A stretch of 64,000 nucleotides of DNA, from positions 1 through 64,000 of the forward strand of contig OZ219801.1 in NCBI GenBank assembly GCA_964291655.2, given 5' to 3'. Both the position numbers and the translations under genes were made by a program. Shown in pieces: positions 37,368 through 46,807 of the stretch (position 1 is its first letter; each line of letters starts with the position of its first letter). The stretch comes from Chloroflexota bacterium (GTDB lineage: Bacteria; Chloroflexota; UBA11872; VXOZ01). Under the pieces are notes generated by a model, which did no database searches, had not been told where the DNA came from, and was given only the letters and a program-made list of their open reading frames with translations.

Positions 37368-38417
37368 ATGCCGACTTACCGCGTTGGAATCGTTGGGTGC
37401 GGGGCGCGGTCGACCGCGCATGCCGCAGGTTGGGTAGCGAACGAGAGCGCCACTATCGCGGCGGTTGCCGACCCCATTCAGGAGCGGCGTGATGACCTGG
37501 GAGACAAGCACGGTGTATCGCCGGAGCACCGCTATCAGGACTTTTCGGATATGCTGGCGGATGCCGAGCTTGACTTCATCTCACTGTCTACGAAGCCCGA
37601 GCTCAGAGAGCCGGCAATCATCGCGGCGGTCGAAGCTAACATCAGGGGCATCTTGTGCGAGAAGCCCATGGCGCTCAGCTTAGGTGAAGCACACCGTATC
37701 CACAGCGTTTGCGCTGAGAACGGTATCCCATTGGTCATCAACCATCAGAAGCGCCACCTCACAGAGTGGCAGCGTCTCGCCGCCATGTGCGCGAACGGCG
37801 AACTCGGCGCCATTGAGCGCATCGAGGCATCGTCTTTCGGAAATCTAGCCAGCCAAGGTACGCACGTGCTGGATATGGTCCTGCAGTTTGGCGGCGACGT
37901 GCAGCCGGTGTGGGCTATTGGGCAGAGCGTCGGCTGGCGGGACTACGCGGGAGCGCACGCCGGACCCCGATTTACCCTGGGACAGTACCGCTTCCCCAAC
38001 GACATAACGGCCTATGTGCAAATGGGCGATGAAGCCCCGCAATTGTTGGGGCGCGAGGACTCATGGATGCGCCTGCAACTCCGTGTGTGGGGCACGGAGG
38101 GCCGCGGTCAGGTGGATCTTCCCAATGGCACCCGCGTCTGGCGGAAGGGAGAAACTGAGCCAACCAGTTGGCCGGAAAGCTGGACCGACCCGGAGAATCT
38201 CGCCAGCGCCCAAGCAGGACTCTCGCAGTCAGTCATTCAGGCCGCGGAAGACCCCAGCTACGACCCGCCCGCAGGCGGCATCCGCCCACTCTACAGCTTC
38301 GAGATGATTGAAGCGCTCTGCGCCTCAACGCTGACAAGGGAGGTCGTATCGTGGCCGCTGCCGGCATGGGATCACTCGCCTATGCAGTCGCTGAAGCCGG
38401 GAGGCGTTCATGTTTGA
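37368..38417 (+). CDS. Gfo/Idh/MocA family oxidoreductase
   Basis: GIVGCG, LCEKPMA, NHQKR, QGTHVLD, GTEG. Confidence 0.9.
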   Translation: MPTYRVGIVGCGARSTAHAAGWVANESATIAAVADPIQERRDDLGDKHGVSPEHRYQDFSDMLADAELDFISLSTKPELREPAIIAAVEANIRGILCEKPMALSLGEAHRIHSVCAENGIPLVINHQKRHLTEWQRLAAMCANGELGAIERIEASSFGNLASQGTHVLDMVLQFGGDVQPVWAIGQSVGWRDYAGAHAGPRFTLGQYRFPNDITAYVQMGDEAPQLLGREDSWMRLQLRVWGTEGRGQVDLPNGTRVWRKGETEPTSWPESWTDPENLASAQAGLSQSVIQAAEDPSYDPPAGGIRPLYSFEMIEALCASTLTREVVSWPLPAWDHSPMQSLKPGGVHV

Positions 38418-39207
38418 GTACTTTGCATCCAGTGTCGCCTTTTCGGAGTTGAGCTTCGCAGAAGCGTGTGCTGCGTTGCGCACAACGGGCGTCAACGAGG
38501 TCGACATTTGGTCTGTCTTGAATCGGTGCACTCACCTGCCTCCGCAAGACAAACATCCCGATTTGAACGGCATAAAGCGCACACTTGCCGAACACCAGCT
38601 CACGTGTCGGGTGATTTCGGCTTACGGCAAAGGCTCTGACGAGATGGTCATGGCCAGGCTTGACCATCTGGTGGCTCTCGGTGGGAAGGTGCTGGTGCGA
38701 GGCAGTGGGCCGGAAGATCAATCGGTGGCTGAATTCGCCCAATCCTTCATGCCATTCGTGCGACGCGCCGAGGAGCTAGGGGTGCAGATTGGCATTGAAA
38801 ACCATCGCGGGTCCACAATCAATTCCATCGCCTCTATGCGGGAACTCATGGCACGCATAGAGAGCCCCGCACTTGGCATTGCGTTCGCCCCCATCCACGT
38901 CCACATGGCCCAGGAGAGTATCCCGGAGGCTATTCACGCGGTCGCCGGACGTATTGCGCACTGCTATGCGTGGGACTGGGGCCCAACGGCCGATGAATTC
39001 CAAAAGGATACACAAGAACAGTTGCCCGGTACCGGCGTTATTGACTTTCATGCCATGTTCCGTGCGCTGCATGACACTGGCTATCAAGGCCCGCTTTGCA
39101 TCTTTGCGAACGGATTGGAGCTCGAACGCACGTCGGATGCCATCATCGCGTTGCAGTCCGGCAGGTCGTATTGCCAGCAAGTGGAACGCGATCTCGGCCT
39201 GACGTAG
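38410..39207 (+). CDS. Sugar phosphate isomerase/epimerase (xylose isomerase-like TIM barrel)
   Basis: IGIENH, PGTGVIDF, GYQG; overlaps the upstream gene. Confidence 0.8.
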   Translation: MFEYFASSVAFSELSFAEACAALRTTGVNEVDIWSVLNRCTHLPPQDKHPDLNGIKRTLAEHQLTCRVISAYGKGSDEMVMARLDHLVALGGKVLVRGSGPEDQSVAEFAQSFMPFVRRAEELGVQIGIENHRGSTINSIASMRELMARIESPALGIAFAPIHVHMAQESIPEAIHAVAGRIAHCYAWDWGPTADEFQKDTQEQLPGTGVIDFHAMFRALHDTGYQGPLCIFANGLELERTSDAIIALQSGRSYCQQVERDLGLT

Positions 39208-39309
39208 CCGAGCACGCTCAGGCTACTCGTCAGTGCGGCCAAGCCAACCAGTTCACTCGTCGCTGATTGCAATCCTTACTGCGTTTGGAGAAATCTGACA
39301 AGCTTTCAG

Positions 39310-39338
39310 CCGTTCGTGCTGAGCCTGTCGAAGCACGA
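39310..39338. repeat. Single copy of the CTTCGAC(A/G)GCTCAG palindromic repeat family
   Basis: CCGTTCGTGCTGAGCCTGTCGAAGCACGA matches the units at 21022 and 55222-55270. Confidence 0.8.
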
Positions 39339-39497
39339 GGGGTGTGGTGAACTCTTGGTGGACGGAGAAAAGATCTCCGACTATCGGTATTGCAAAATAG
39401 CAAGGACTTGCCGCCAGATGGCTTGTCCGCAGGTTATGGACATGCAGTTGGCGACGGATAGAACCGCTGACCCCGTTTCCCGTGCCCCTGGCTGCCC

Positions 39498-40532
39498 TCA
39501 ACGAAGCTCAAGGCTTATCCCGAGTTCCGCCGCTGTTTCCTTCATCGGCTCCCAGACGATGCGCGGCAGTACATGGGTGCCGCGAGCGCGTGCTTCGCGC
39601 TCTAAGCGTCCTGCACGCTCGCCGGGGTAGAAGATTTCGTCCACACCGGGCCGGCGCGGCGAGGCCTTGATTCTACTGATATACTCCGTTACCCGCCGCG
39701 CAAAATCGGGGTGCGCCATGAATAGACTGGGATCCATCACCAAGAGAAAGTGGCCCACCTTACCACTCTCGCCGCTGTCGGGTCCATAGTCATTGCCGCT
39801 GAGAACGCCTGCTATGAGTTCCGATACCATCGCCAAGCCGTAGCCTTTATGGTCGCCAAGCGGTAATAGCGATCCAATCAGCGCTTCCTGAGCATCAGTG
39901 GTCGGATTGCCGTCTTTATCCAGTGCCCAGCCCTCGGGCAGGGGCGCATTCTCTGCCGCGTGCATGCGTACTTTGGCAAACGATGCCGAAGGTGCAATAT
40001 CGAGCACCATTGGGTCCTGATCGCCAACGGGCACCCCGAACGCCCAGGGATTGTTGCCAAGCATGCGACCCATCCCGCCGGTAACCGGCATCACTGCCTC
40101 GGCTACGGAGGTGCAGATGGCAATGAATCCTTGGCGTGCTGCCCGCAGAACGTAGTGCGCCGGAATGAAGAGATGGCTCGAGTTGTGGACCCCCGCAATA
40201 CCGACGCCGCTCGTTCCCGCCTTGATGAGACAGCGTTCAAGTGCGCGGGTGCAGGCTATGCCACCGAAGCCGTAATCGGCATCTACCAACACACTAATCG
40301 GAGACTCCCGGAGCATGCGGACCTTGGGTTTAGGCTTGATCGTGCCCGCCTTGACCCTGGGACTATAGTAAGCGACGAGCCGTACCCCATGACTGGCATG
40401 ACCGCGCAATTCCGCTTCCACCAGAATGCCCGCCAACAACTGCGCGTTGCTCCTGGTCACCCCGAGAGCCGCAAACGCTTCGGCACAAAACGTCTCCAGG
40501 TCTTCAATTGCGATGGTACGCTCATTATCCAT
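39498..40532 (-). CDS. Ldh_2 family oxidoreductase (malate/L-lactate/ureidoglycolate dehydrogenase-like)
   Basis: AELRGHASHG, NSSH, LGNNP, GWALDKDGNPTTD, LLPLGDHKGYGL, PGE. Confidence 0.92.
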   Translation of the reverse strand: MDNERTIAIEDLETFCAEAFAALGVTRSNAQLLAGILVEAELRGHASHGVRLVAYYSPRVKAGTIKPKPKVRMLRESPISVLVDADYGFGGIACTRALERCLIKAGTSGVGIAGVHNSSHLFIPAHYVLRAARQGFIAICTSVAEAVMPVTGGMGRMLGNNPWAFGVPVGDQDPMVLDIAPSASFAKVRMHAAENAPLPEGWALDKDGNPTTDAQEALIGSLLPLGDHKGYGLAMVSELIAGVLSGNDYGPDSGESGKVGHFLLVMDPSLFMAHPDFARRVTEYISRIKASPRRPGVDEIFYPGERAGRLEREARARGTHVLPRIVWEPMKETAAELGISLELR

Positions 40533-40704
40533 TGTTCTGTCCTTGTTCAGTTTTTGTCATCGGCCCTGCGAGAATAGCCTGTCCGACGGCGTGCTGCAGC
40601 TAGGTGGCTTGTTTTGCGCAGAAGCCCACTTTCTCTACTGCATCGATTAATTGTCCCTCATTTCTCGACAACCCAATCCTAACAGCAGAAACGCAGAGGC
40701 ATAG

Positions 40705-41463
40705 CTACGAGGTCATGAGGATGCCGCCGTCTACGTTCATAACCTGTCCCGTAATGTACGAACTTTGGTCTGAGCACAAGAATGCCGCAACCTGTGCAAT
40801 GTCATCGACCGAGCCGATGCGATCTAAAGGAATTTGCGGCAGGATCTTCCGTTTCCAGGAATCCGGAAAGGGTGTCGGCTTGGAATCGATCATCCCGGGC
40901 GCGATACAATTCACCCGAATGTGCGGTGCCCACTCAAGCGCCAGATGCCTTGTGAGCATCACCAGGCCGGCCTTGGCGGCAGCATAGTGAGCGCCGGTCG
41001 CATAGGCCGGATGCGGGCTAATGCCTCCGCCCGAAGCGATGTTTAGGATCACGCCGCCCTCATGCGACCGCATCACACGGGCAGCCAACTGGCAAAGGAG
41101 GAAAGGGCTCTGGAGATTGATCATCTGTACCCGCTGCCAGTCGTCCGGCGAAATCTGCAGCGCCGGCGTGCTGCTGAATACCCCCGCGTTGTTGACCAAA
41201 ACGTCCACGGTGCCAAACGCGTCGAGGGCCGCCGCTATAATGGTCTGCGCGGCAGTTTCATCTTGCAGGTCCGCCTGAACCGTCGATGCCCTTACGCCGT
41301 GCGTTTCAATCTCATGGCAAACCTCATCCACATACTCAGAGGCAGCGTTGTAGTGCAAAACGATGTTTGCGCCGCTCCGGGCGAGAGCGAGGGCTATGCC
41401 CTTGCCGATGCCGCGCGCCGCACCGGTTACAACAGCCACCTTGCCACCCAAGGCCTGCGTCAT
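40705..41463 (-). CDS. SDR family oxidoreductase (FabG-like)
   Basis: TGAARGIG, NNAG, YAAAK, IRVNCIAPG, ITGQ...VDGG. Confidence 0.93.
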   Translation of the reverse strand: MTQALGGKVAVVTGAARGIGKGIALALARSGANIVLHYNAASEYVDEVCHEIETHGVRASTVQADLQDETAAQTIIAAALDAFGTVDVLVNNAGVFSSTPALQISPDDWQRVQMINLQSPFLLCQLAARVMRSHEGGVILNIASGGGISPHPAYATGAHYAAAKAGLVMLTRHLALEWAPHIRVNCIAPGMIDSKPTPFPDSWKRKILPQIPLDRIGSVDDIAQVAAFLCSDQSSYITGQVMNVDGGILMTS

Positions 41464-41567
41464 TCCTGCAATTGCTCCTTACCCGCACCCTTGCCGGACT
41501 ACCCGCCTGAGACTTCTGCTAATCTAGACTCTACTATTGTGCGTTTCTCATCAAAGGAGAACACCTT

Positions 41568-42359
41568 GTGCTTCTTGCTGTATCGGAAAACATGATACCC
41601 GGTGCTGGCTATGGCGAAAAACTCCCCTTTCTGCGCGATCACGGGTATGACGGGATCGAGCTATTTCCCGAGACCGCCGCGCAGGAGGCCGCTGAACTCA
41701 AACAAGCAATGGCGGAAACAGGCATTCTCGCGCCAAGCATGCGTGGCAGGACGCGGGACTTGCTTTCCGCGGACGTAGCTGAACGCCAAGCCCAAGTCGA
41801 GAGGTTGAAGAAGGTATGTGCCTTGGCCGAAGACTGCGGCGTTCGCGTCGTAGTGATTGTACCAGTCTTTGGTGGGCCGAAACTGCCAGACCTAGCGCCC
41901 TGGAGATCCGCAATTGAGTTGGAAGATGCCCTGTTCGATACCATCCTCCCCACCATCGGAGATATTGCGGCGAATCATGGCGTAACCCTGGTCATGGAGC
42001 CCTTAAATCGCTATGAGACCCACTTCCTCAATACGCTGGCGCAAGGGGCGGCGATTTGCCAACGCACAAACCATCTACATGTTCGTATCATGGCGGACTT
42101 CTTTCACATGCACATTGAAGAAGGAGATATTGCAGCAAGCCTCGCCGAAGATCTAGCATATGTACGCCACGTACACTTAGCCGACAGCAACCGCGACCTT
42201 CCTGGTTGCGGTCACACGGACTTTGCACCTGCGTTTCGCGTACTCAAGCATGCAGGGTTTGACGGTGCGTTTGCCTTGGAGTGTCCACGCAGGGGATACG
42301 CGGGCTTCGGTTTCAAGGAAAGCGCCGACTACGTGCGCAGAATCTGGCAAGAGGCCTAA
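41568..42359 (+). CDS. Sugar phosphate isomerase/epimerase family protein
   Basis: GYDGIEL, MEPLNRYE, ADFFHM.IEE, HVHLADSNR, PGCGH.DF, LEC. Confidence 0.92.
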   Translation: MLLAVSENMIPGAGYGEKLPFLRDHGYDGIELFPETAAQEAAELKQAMAETGILAPSMRGRTRDLLSADVAERQAQVERLKKVCALAEDCGVRVVVIVPVFGGPKLPDLAPWRSAIELEDALFDTILPTIGDIAANHGVTLVMEPLNRYETHFLNTLAQGAAICQRTNHLHVRIMADFFHMHIEEGDIAASLAEDLAYVRHVHLADSNRDLPGCGHTDFAPAFRVLKHAGFDGAFALECPRRGYAGFGFKESADYVRRIWQEA

Positions 42360-42409
42360 GTCGATCGCTGGTGGGTAGCTGCGGACTTGCCCTGATGATC
42401 GTAGCGCGA

Positions 42410-44158
42410 TTAGTTCGGCCCCGCTACGAGAGTGAATGCCACGGGGCGTACGGCAAGCGGCACGACATTGCGCACGTGGAGCGTACGTGAGTCGAGCACG
42501 AGAATGGCGCTTGCGTGCGGTGCGAGCGCGTAGAGTGCGTTACGTGCTGGATCGAGGGTCAATTGAGTCAGGCCGCCGCTCTGCCATAGCGTTCTCTCCA
42601 CGCTACCGTCGGTTGTACTGATCATCGTGAGAGCCGGAAGTTCGTCTGCTACAGCGGCCTCATCTGCGGTGGCGTCTGCATCTGAAGCTTCTTTGGTGGT
42701 GGTTCTGACAGGAGGAACTCTGCTTTTGACATCCGCACTCGAGTCGGTGTCCTCAGCAGGTTCTGCTGGAGGAGGCCCAGTTTGACTGCTCAAGAAGAGG
42801 GCTGAGCCATCAGCGTTGATCACTCCATGCGTCGCGCGTCCTGCCGCATCTGTTGCCAGCCGCATTGCCTGTCCGGAATCTAATGCAACGCGCCATATTT
42901 CTTCAGTCTCCGGAGTTGTCACGTAGGCCAAGACTCCGTCGGCGGCGTGAACAATTGCGCCAATCACCAGACCGTCGCCAATAGCTATTGCCTTGTCAAC
43001 ACGTGCAGAGCCCAACATCACACGCGCCATTTGCATTCGGTCAATTGCGACGGCGACAAGTGAATCCTCACCAAGAGGCACAAGACGGTCTACAGCCCAA
43101 GGCAATGAAATCTCCATCACGACCTCATCACTTTCATCCATCACCAACAAGCTGGCTGTGGTCTCCGAACCTATCACCAGGTACTGCCCAATCACCGATA
43201 GACTACTCAGATCTTGGGACGGCAACTCGAGGAGCCGGCCCACCTGCTGCGACTGGGCGTCTACGGCGAGCAGGCCCTCTTCCTGCAAGATGAAGAGAGT
43301 TTTCCTATCCGCAGATACTGCGAGCGCGCGCGGCTCTCCGCCCACGCCGGTGACAGTCGACGGCTTCAAGTCATTGGGATTGAATGCGATGAGCGCACCG
43401 GTGTCGGCAACGCCGAGCAAGACGATAGTCGGTGGCTGAGCCTCTACCTGCTCCGGCGTAGACTCGGAGTCCTCAAGACCGCGCAGAAGCGAAAAGCCAA
43501 CCGAGATAAGGAGTGCAAGCACTACCAGCGCGATTCCGCCCTGCATGACGCGAGAGCGAACAGTGGAATCGCCGGTGCCGAGCGCAGCGGCGACCTCACC
43601 CCTGAGGGTGGCGCCAGGACGCGGCGCCCCTAGCTGACGCATGGCACGCTCCACAGAGCCGCGATCGGCCTCCGAATCCGGCGCGCGGAATTCCGAACGT
43701 GCCCTCTCAAGCAAAGTTTCCACGCGGTCAAGAGACGTGCCCAACGCTTCCGCAGTCTGACTCTGCGGCATGCCTTCGGCAAGAGATAACAGCCAGACGA
43801 CCCGCAGTCGCGGGGGCAGCGCGAGGGTGGCTCTGCGCCACGCAATCGTGCGATCCTCAACCTCCACCGGCCCAGGCGCGCGCCGGGTAACCCTGTGCCA
43901 CCGCGCTGACGCGAGATACGTTCGCACGGCCATCCGATAGAACCAGGTGTCCAACACAACGTTGCGGGGCCGCTTGCTGATCGCGCGGTAGGCCCGGCGG
44001 AAAATAGCGATGACTAGCTCGCGCGCCTCACTCTCATTACCGGTGAGCCAAAACGAGAAGCGGTAGAGCATGGGGGCGAACTGATCGTAGAGCCCAAGAA
44101 AAGCGTCTCGATCGCCGCTCTCGGCTGCCGCGAGAATTCGTCCCCGATTAGCTAGCAT
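42410..44158 (-). CDS. ECF sigma factor fused to a transmembrane helix and a C-terminal beta-propeller
   Basis: Sigma2 (GDRDAF..LY......LYRF...LTGN..EAREL) and sigma4 (LPPRLRVV..L...EGM...QTAEALG......TLLERAR); TM GGIALVVLALLISVGFSLL; YVTN-like blades. Confidence 0.8.
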   Translation of the reverse strand: MLANRGRILAAAESGDRDAFLGLYDQFAPMLYRFSFWLTGNESEARELVIAIFRRAYRAISKRPRNVVLDTWFYRMAVRTYLASARWHRVTRRAPGPVEVEDRTIAWRRATLALPPRLRVVWLLSLAEGMPQSQTAEALGTSLDRVETLLERARSEFRAPDSEADRGSVERAMRQLGAPRPGATLRGEVAAALGTGDSTVRSRVMQGGIALVVLALLISVGFSLLRGLEDSESTPEQVEAQPPTIVLLGVADTGALIAFNPNDLKPSTVTGVGGEPRALAVSADRKTLFILQEEGLLAVDAQSQQVGRLLELPSQDLSSLSVIGQYLVIGSETTASLLVMDESDEVVMEISLPWAVDRLVPLGEDSLVAVAIDRMQMARVMLGSARVDKAIAIGDGLVIGAIVHAADGVLAYVTTPETEEIWRVALDSGQAMRLATDAAGRATHGVINADGSALFLSSQTGPPPAEPAEDTDSSADVKSRVPPVRTTTKEASDADATADEAAVADELPALTMISTTDGSVERTLWQSGGLTQLTLDPARNALYALAPHASAILVLDSRTLHVRNVVPLAVRPVAFTLVAGPN

Positions 44159-44549
44159 CTGCGCTCAACGTCCAAGTTCTGCGTACGATTCTTGCCTGCA
44201 TGGTAGCACATTGCCAGCCCAATCTTGAGCCATTCTGCGCGCGAACCACTGCAAGAAGAGCAGTGCTCCCGTCCAATGCGCCGCGCCATTGCAGTAGCAG
44301 ACAGAAAGATGTACCGTACATATAATCAGCGAATGCGTCGCTGGTGTCTTCAGGGCTCCCTCCTGCCCGTGCACGAGGATCTCAGCCATAGGAAGCGCTA
44401 TGGATTCAAGGGGATACGGAGTCCCTTTTGTAAGACTGTTATGTAAAGTTTTCTAGAGGTAGCGCCGGGCCGCGAATTCCGAACAAAATGTAGCCAATTC
44501 AAGAGTGCTGCCGTAGCGGTAATCTTGTTAACACTGCCAGGGACTCAGC

Positions 44550-45860
44550 GTGGCAAATAGAAGAGCGACAATAGCTTCCCAACACAGCCTCCGTGTTGCC
44601 GGTCGCATGTTTGAGTCGTTGCGGGTGACTTCGTTTCGCGATCTTTGGATCGGCATGCTCGCCTCGTACATCGGTATGTACATGGGCATGGTCTCGCGCG
44701 GCTACCTTGCCTATGAGATTACGGGATCTGCCACAATTCTCGGCATTGTGACTGTGGCATCCGGGATCCCCATGTTACTGCTTTCCCCCGTCGGAGGCGT
44801 GCTGGCCGACATCATGAACCGCCGTCTCATTCTCGTCCACAGCCAGGTCTTCATGGTAGTGTCATCCTTGTTCATTGCCGTCCTCATTCACCTCGACCTG
44901 ATCGAGATTTGGCACCTCATCTTCTTTGGATTTCTGCAAGGGATACTCTTCACCATTAACATGCCCGCGCGCTCTTCCGCGCTCCCTCACCTGGTTGGGA
45001 GACCGTTGCTCGCGAGCGCAATCGGCCTGACGAACTCTGGCCGCAACCTCATGTCAGTCATTGCCCCGGCGATCGCCGGTACCGTCATCGCGATCCCGTG
45101 GCTGGGCACGGCTGGGGCTTTCGACATCTCTGCAATCTTCTACGTTGGGGCAACGTTGCTGATGCTGCGCCTGCCTAAGAGCTTGGCTGAAAGCCGTGAT
45201 CATACGCAGGTAGCATTCGGCCAGCAGATGATCGATGGTTTCAGCTACATATTCTTGCAGCGGCCGTTGCGCATCCTGCTCGTGCTCGGACTCATTCCCA
45301 TAGTATTCGGCATGCCCCTGCAATCTTTCCTGCCAGTCTTCCAAGCGGACGTGCTTCACGTTGGCGCGGTAGAACTCGGTTTACTCTATTCGGCAGTGGG
45401 CGTTGGCGGCACGCTTGGATCGCTCATAATAGCGCCGCTCGCGGAGAGTAAGCACAGCCACATTTTGCAGCTTGTAATGGGTGTGTTTTTCGGTCTTACG
45501 TTGATCGCCTTCGCCAGCAGCACATCTTTCACTCTGAGCATCGTCTGCGTTGGTCTCGTCGGCTTTGCCGGTAACGCATCTACCGGCTTCAACAGCGCTT
45601 TGCTGATGCTGCGCACGGAAGAGGCGTACTATGGACGCGTAATGAGCATCTACATGATGAATTGGTCGCTCATGACGCTCTTCACTCTGCCCCTGGGCAT
45701 GCTCGTTGACAAGTGGGGGGCACCGCTCGTGACGAGCGTCGCCGCAATGGGCATTGTCTTCTTTATGGGCGTAGCATTTGTCTTCTTCCGTGACATTCGT
45801 GAAGGTCAGCACCACAAGGAAGAATTAAGCGTTGAGGCCGGGGCGGCAGCGGTTGAGTGA
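44550..45860 (+). CDS. MFS transporter (EntS/DHA3-like)
   Basis: About 12 hydrophobic segments; FRDLW, GGVLAD...RR, PARSS, GRVMS. Confidence 0.9.
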   Translation: MANRRATIASQHSLRVAGRMFESLRVTSFRDLWIGMLASYIGMYMGMVSRGYLAYEITGSATILGIVTVASGIPMLLLSPVGGVLADIMNRRLILVHSQVFMVVSSLFIAVLIHLDLIEIWHLIFFGFLQGILFTINMPARSSALPHLVGRPLLASAIGLTNSGRNLMSVIAPAIAGTVIAIPWLGTAGAFDISAIFYVGATLLMLRLPKSLAESRDHTQVAFGQQMIDGFSYIFLQRPLRILLVLGLIPIVFGMPLQSFLPVFQADVLHVGAVELGLLYSAVGVGGTLGSLIIAPLAESKHSHILQLVMGVFFGLTLIAFASSTSFTLSIVCVGLVGFAGNASTGFNSALLMLRTEEAYYGRVMSIYMMNWSLMTLFTLPLGMLVDKWGAPLVTSVAAMGIVFFMGVAFVFFRDIREGQHHKEELSVEAGAAAVE

Positions 45861-45920
45861 GGCGCCTTCGTGGGAGTCCACGAACTACCGGCACATGCAG
45901 GATTGGCTAGGGATTGGATT

Positions 45921-46682
45921 GTGGTTGTTCCAAGAGACGAGATAGTTAGCTTCCTGGATGAGTTCCTGGACGCACAGGGCATACGCGATTACGGCCCCAT
46001 GGGGATGCAAGTAATCGGTAAAGCAATGGTGAGTCACATAGCAGTGGCCGTGAGCGCTTCCCGCGCCTGCTTTGCGCAAGCGGCGGCCCAACAGGCCGAT
46101 ATGCTCATCGTGCACCACGGGTTCTTCTGGGATAGCGAAAGTCGCGCAATCGGACAGGTTATGCGAGGCCGACTGGAGACGCTGTTTGAACATGACATGA
46201 ATCTCTTGGCATATCATCTCTGCCTGGACAAGCATCCAGAAATTGGCAACAACGTGCTCTCTCTGCGCGCCTTAGGAGCTACACCGGTCGAACTAGACTC
46301 GCCGATCGCCGCAGTGGGATACGTGGGCGAATTCACGAGTCCAGTGCCATGGGATGAGCTGACCGGGAGAGTGCGGAGCGTGTTTGGCGGGGAGCCCATT
46401 TTCTTCCCGGAAGGACCGGCACTCACCTCGCGTATAGGGCTGGTGACCGGCGGCGCCGGCCGTACCTCTTACGTAATTGAAGCAGCGGACCGGGGGTGTG
46501 ACACCTTTCTCACCGGGGAACTCAGCGAACCCGTACCCACCGTCGCCGCGGAATTGTCTATCAATCTCATTGGCGCCGGTCACTACAATACCGAGAAGCT
46601 CGGCGTGCAAGCCGTCGCCCGCGTGCTTGAAGAGCGCTTTGGCGTGAGTTCTGTGTTTATTGACGTGCCCAACCCGCTATAG
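45921..46682 (+). CDS. Nif3-like dinuclear metal centre protein
   Basis: IVHHGFFW, YHLCLD.HPEIGNN, TGGAG, FLTGE, AGHYNTEKLG, DVPNPL. Probable GTG start at 45921. Confidence 0.92.
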   Translation: MVVPRDEIVSFLDEFLDAQGIRDYGPMGMQVIGKAMVSHIAVAVSASRACFAQAAAQQADMLIVHHGFFWDSESRAIGQVMRGRLETLFEHDMNLLAYHLCLDKHPEIGNNVLSLRALGATPVELDSPIAAVGYVGEFTSPVPWDELTGRVRSVFGGEPIFFPEGPALTSRIGLVTGGAGRTSYVIEAADRGCDTFLTGELSEPVPTVAAELSINLIGAGHYNTEKLGVQAVARVLEERFGVSSVFIDVPNPL

Positions 46683-46807
46683 CGGCATCGGGGGTGAACT
46701 GCGCGTTCCATTAGATCCCCGCTTGAGCAACTTAGCCGACTGTGCTCACGCCGCTCACGCTGGAGACACGTGGCGACTTGAAAAGGAGCGTCCCAGCCAC
46801 AGGGATC

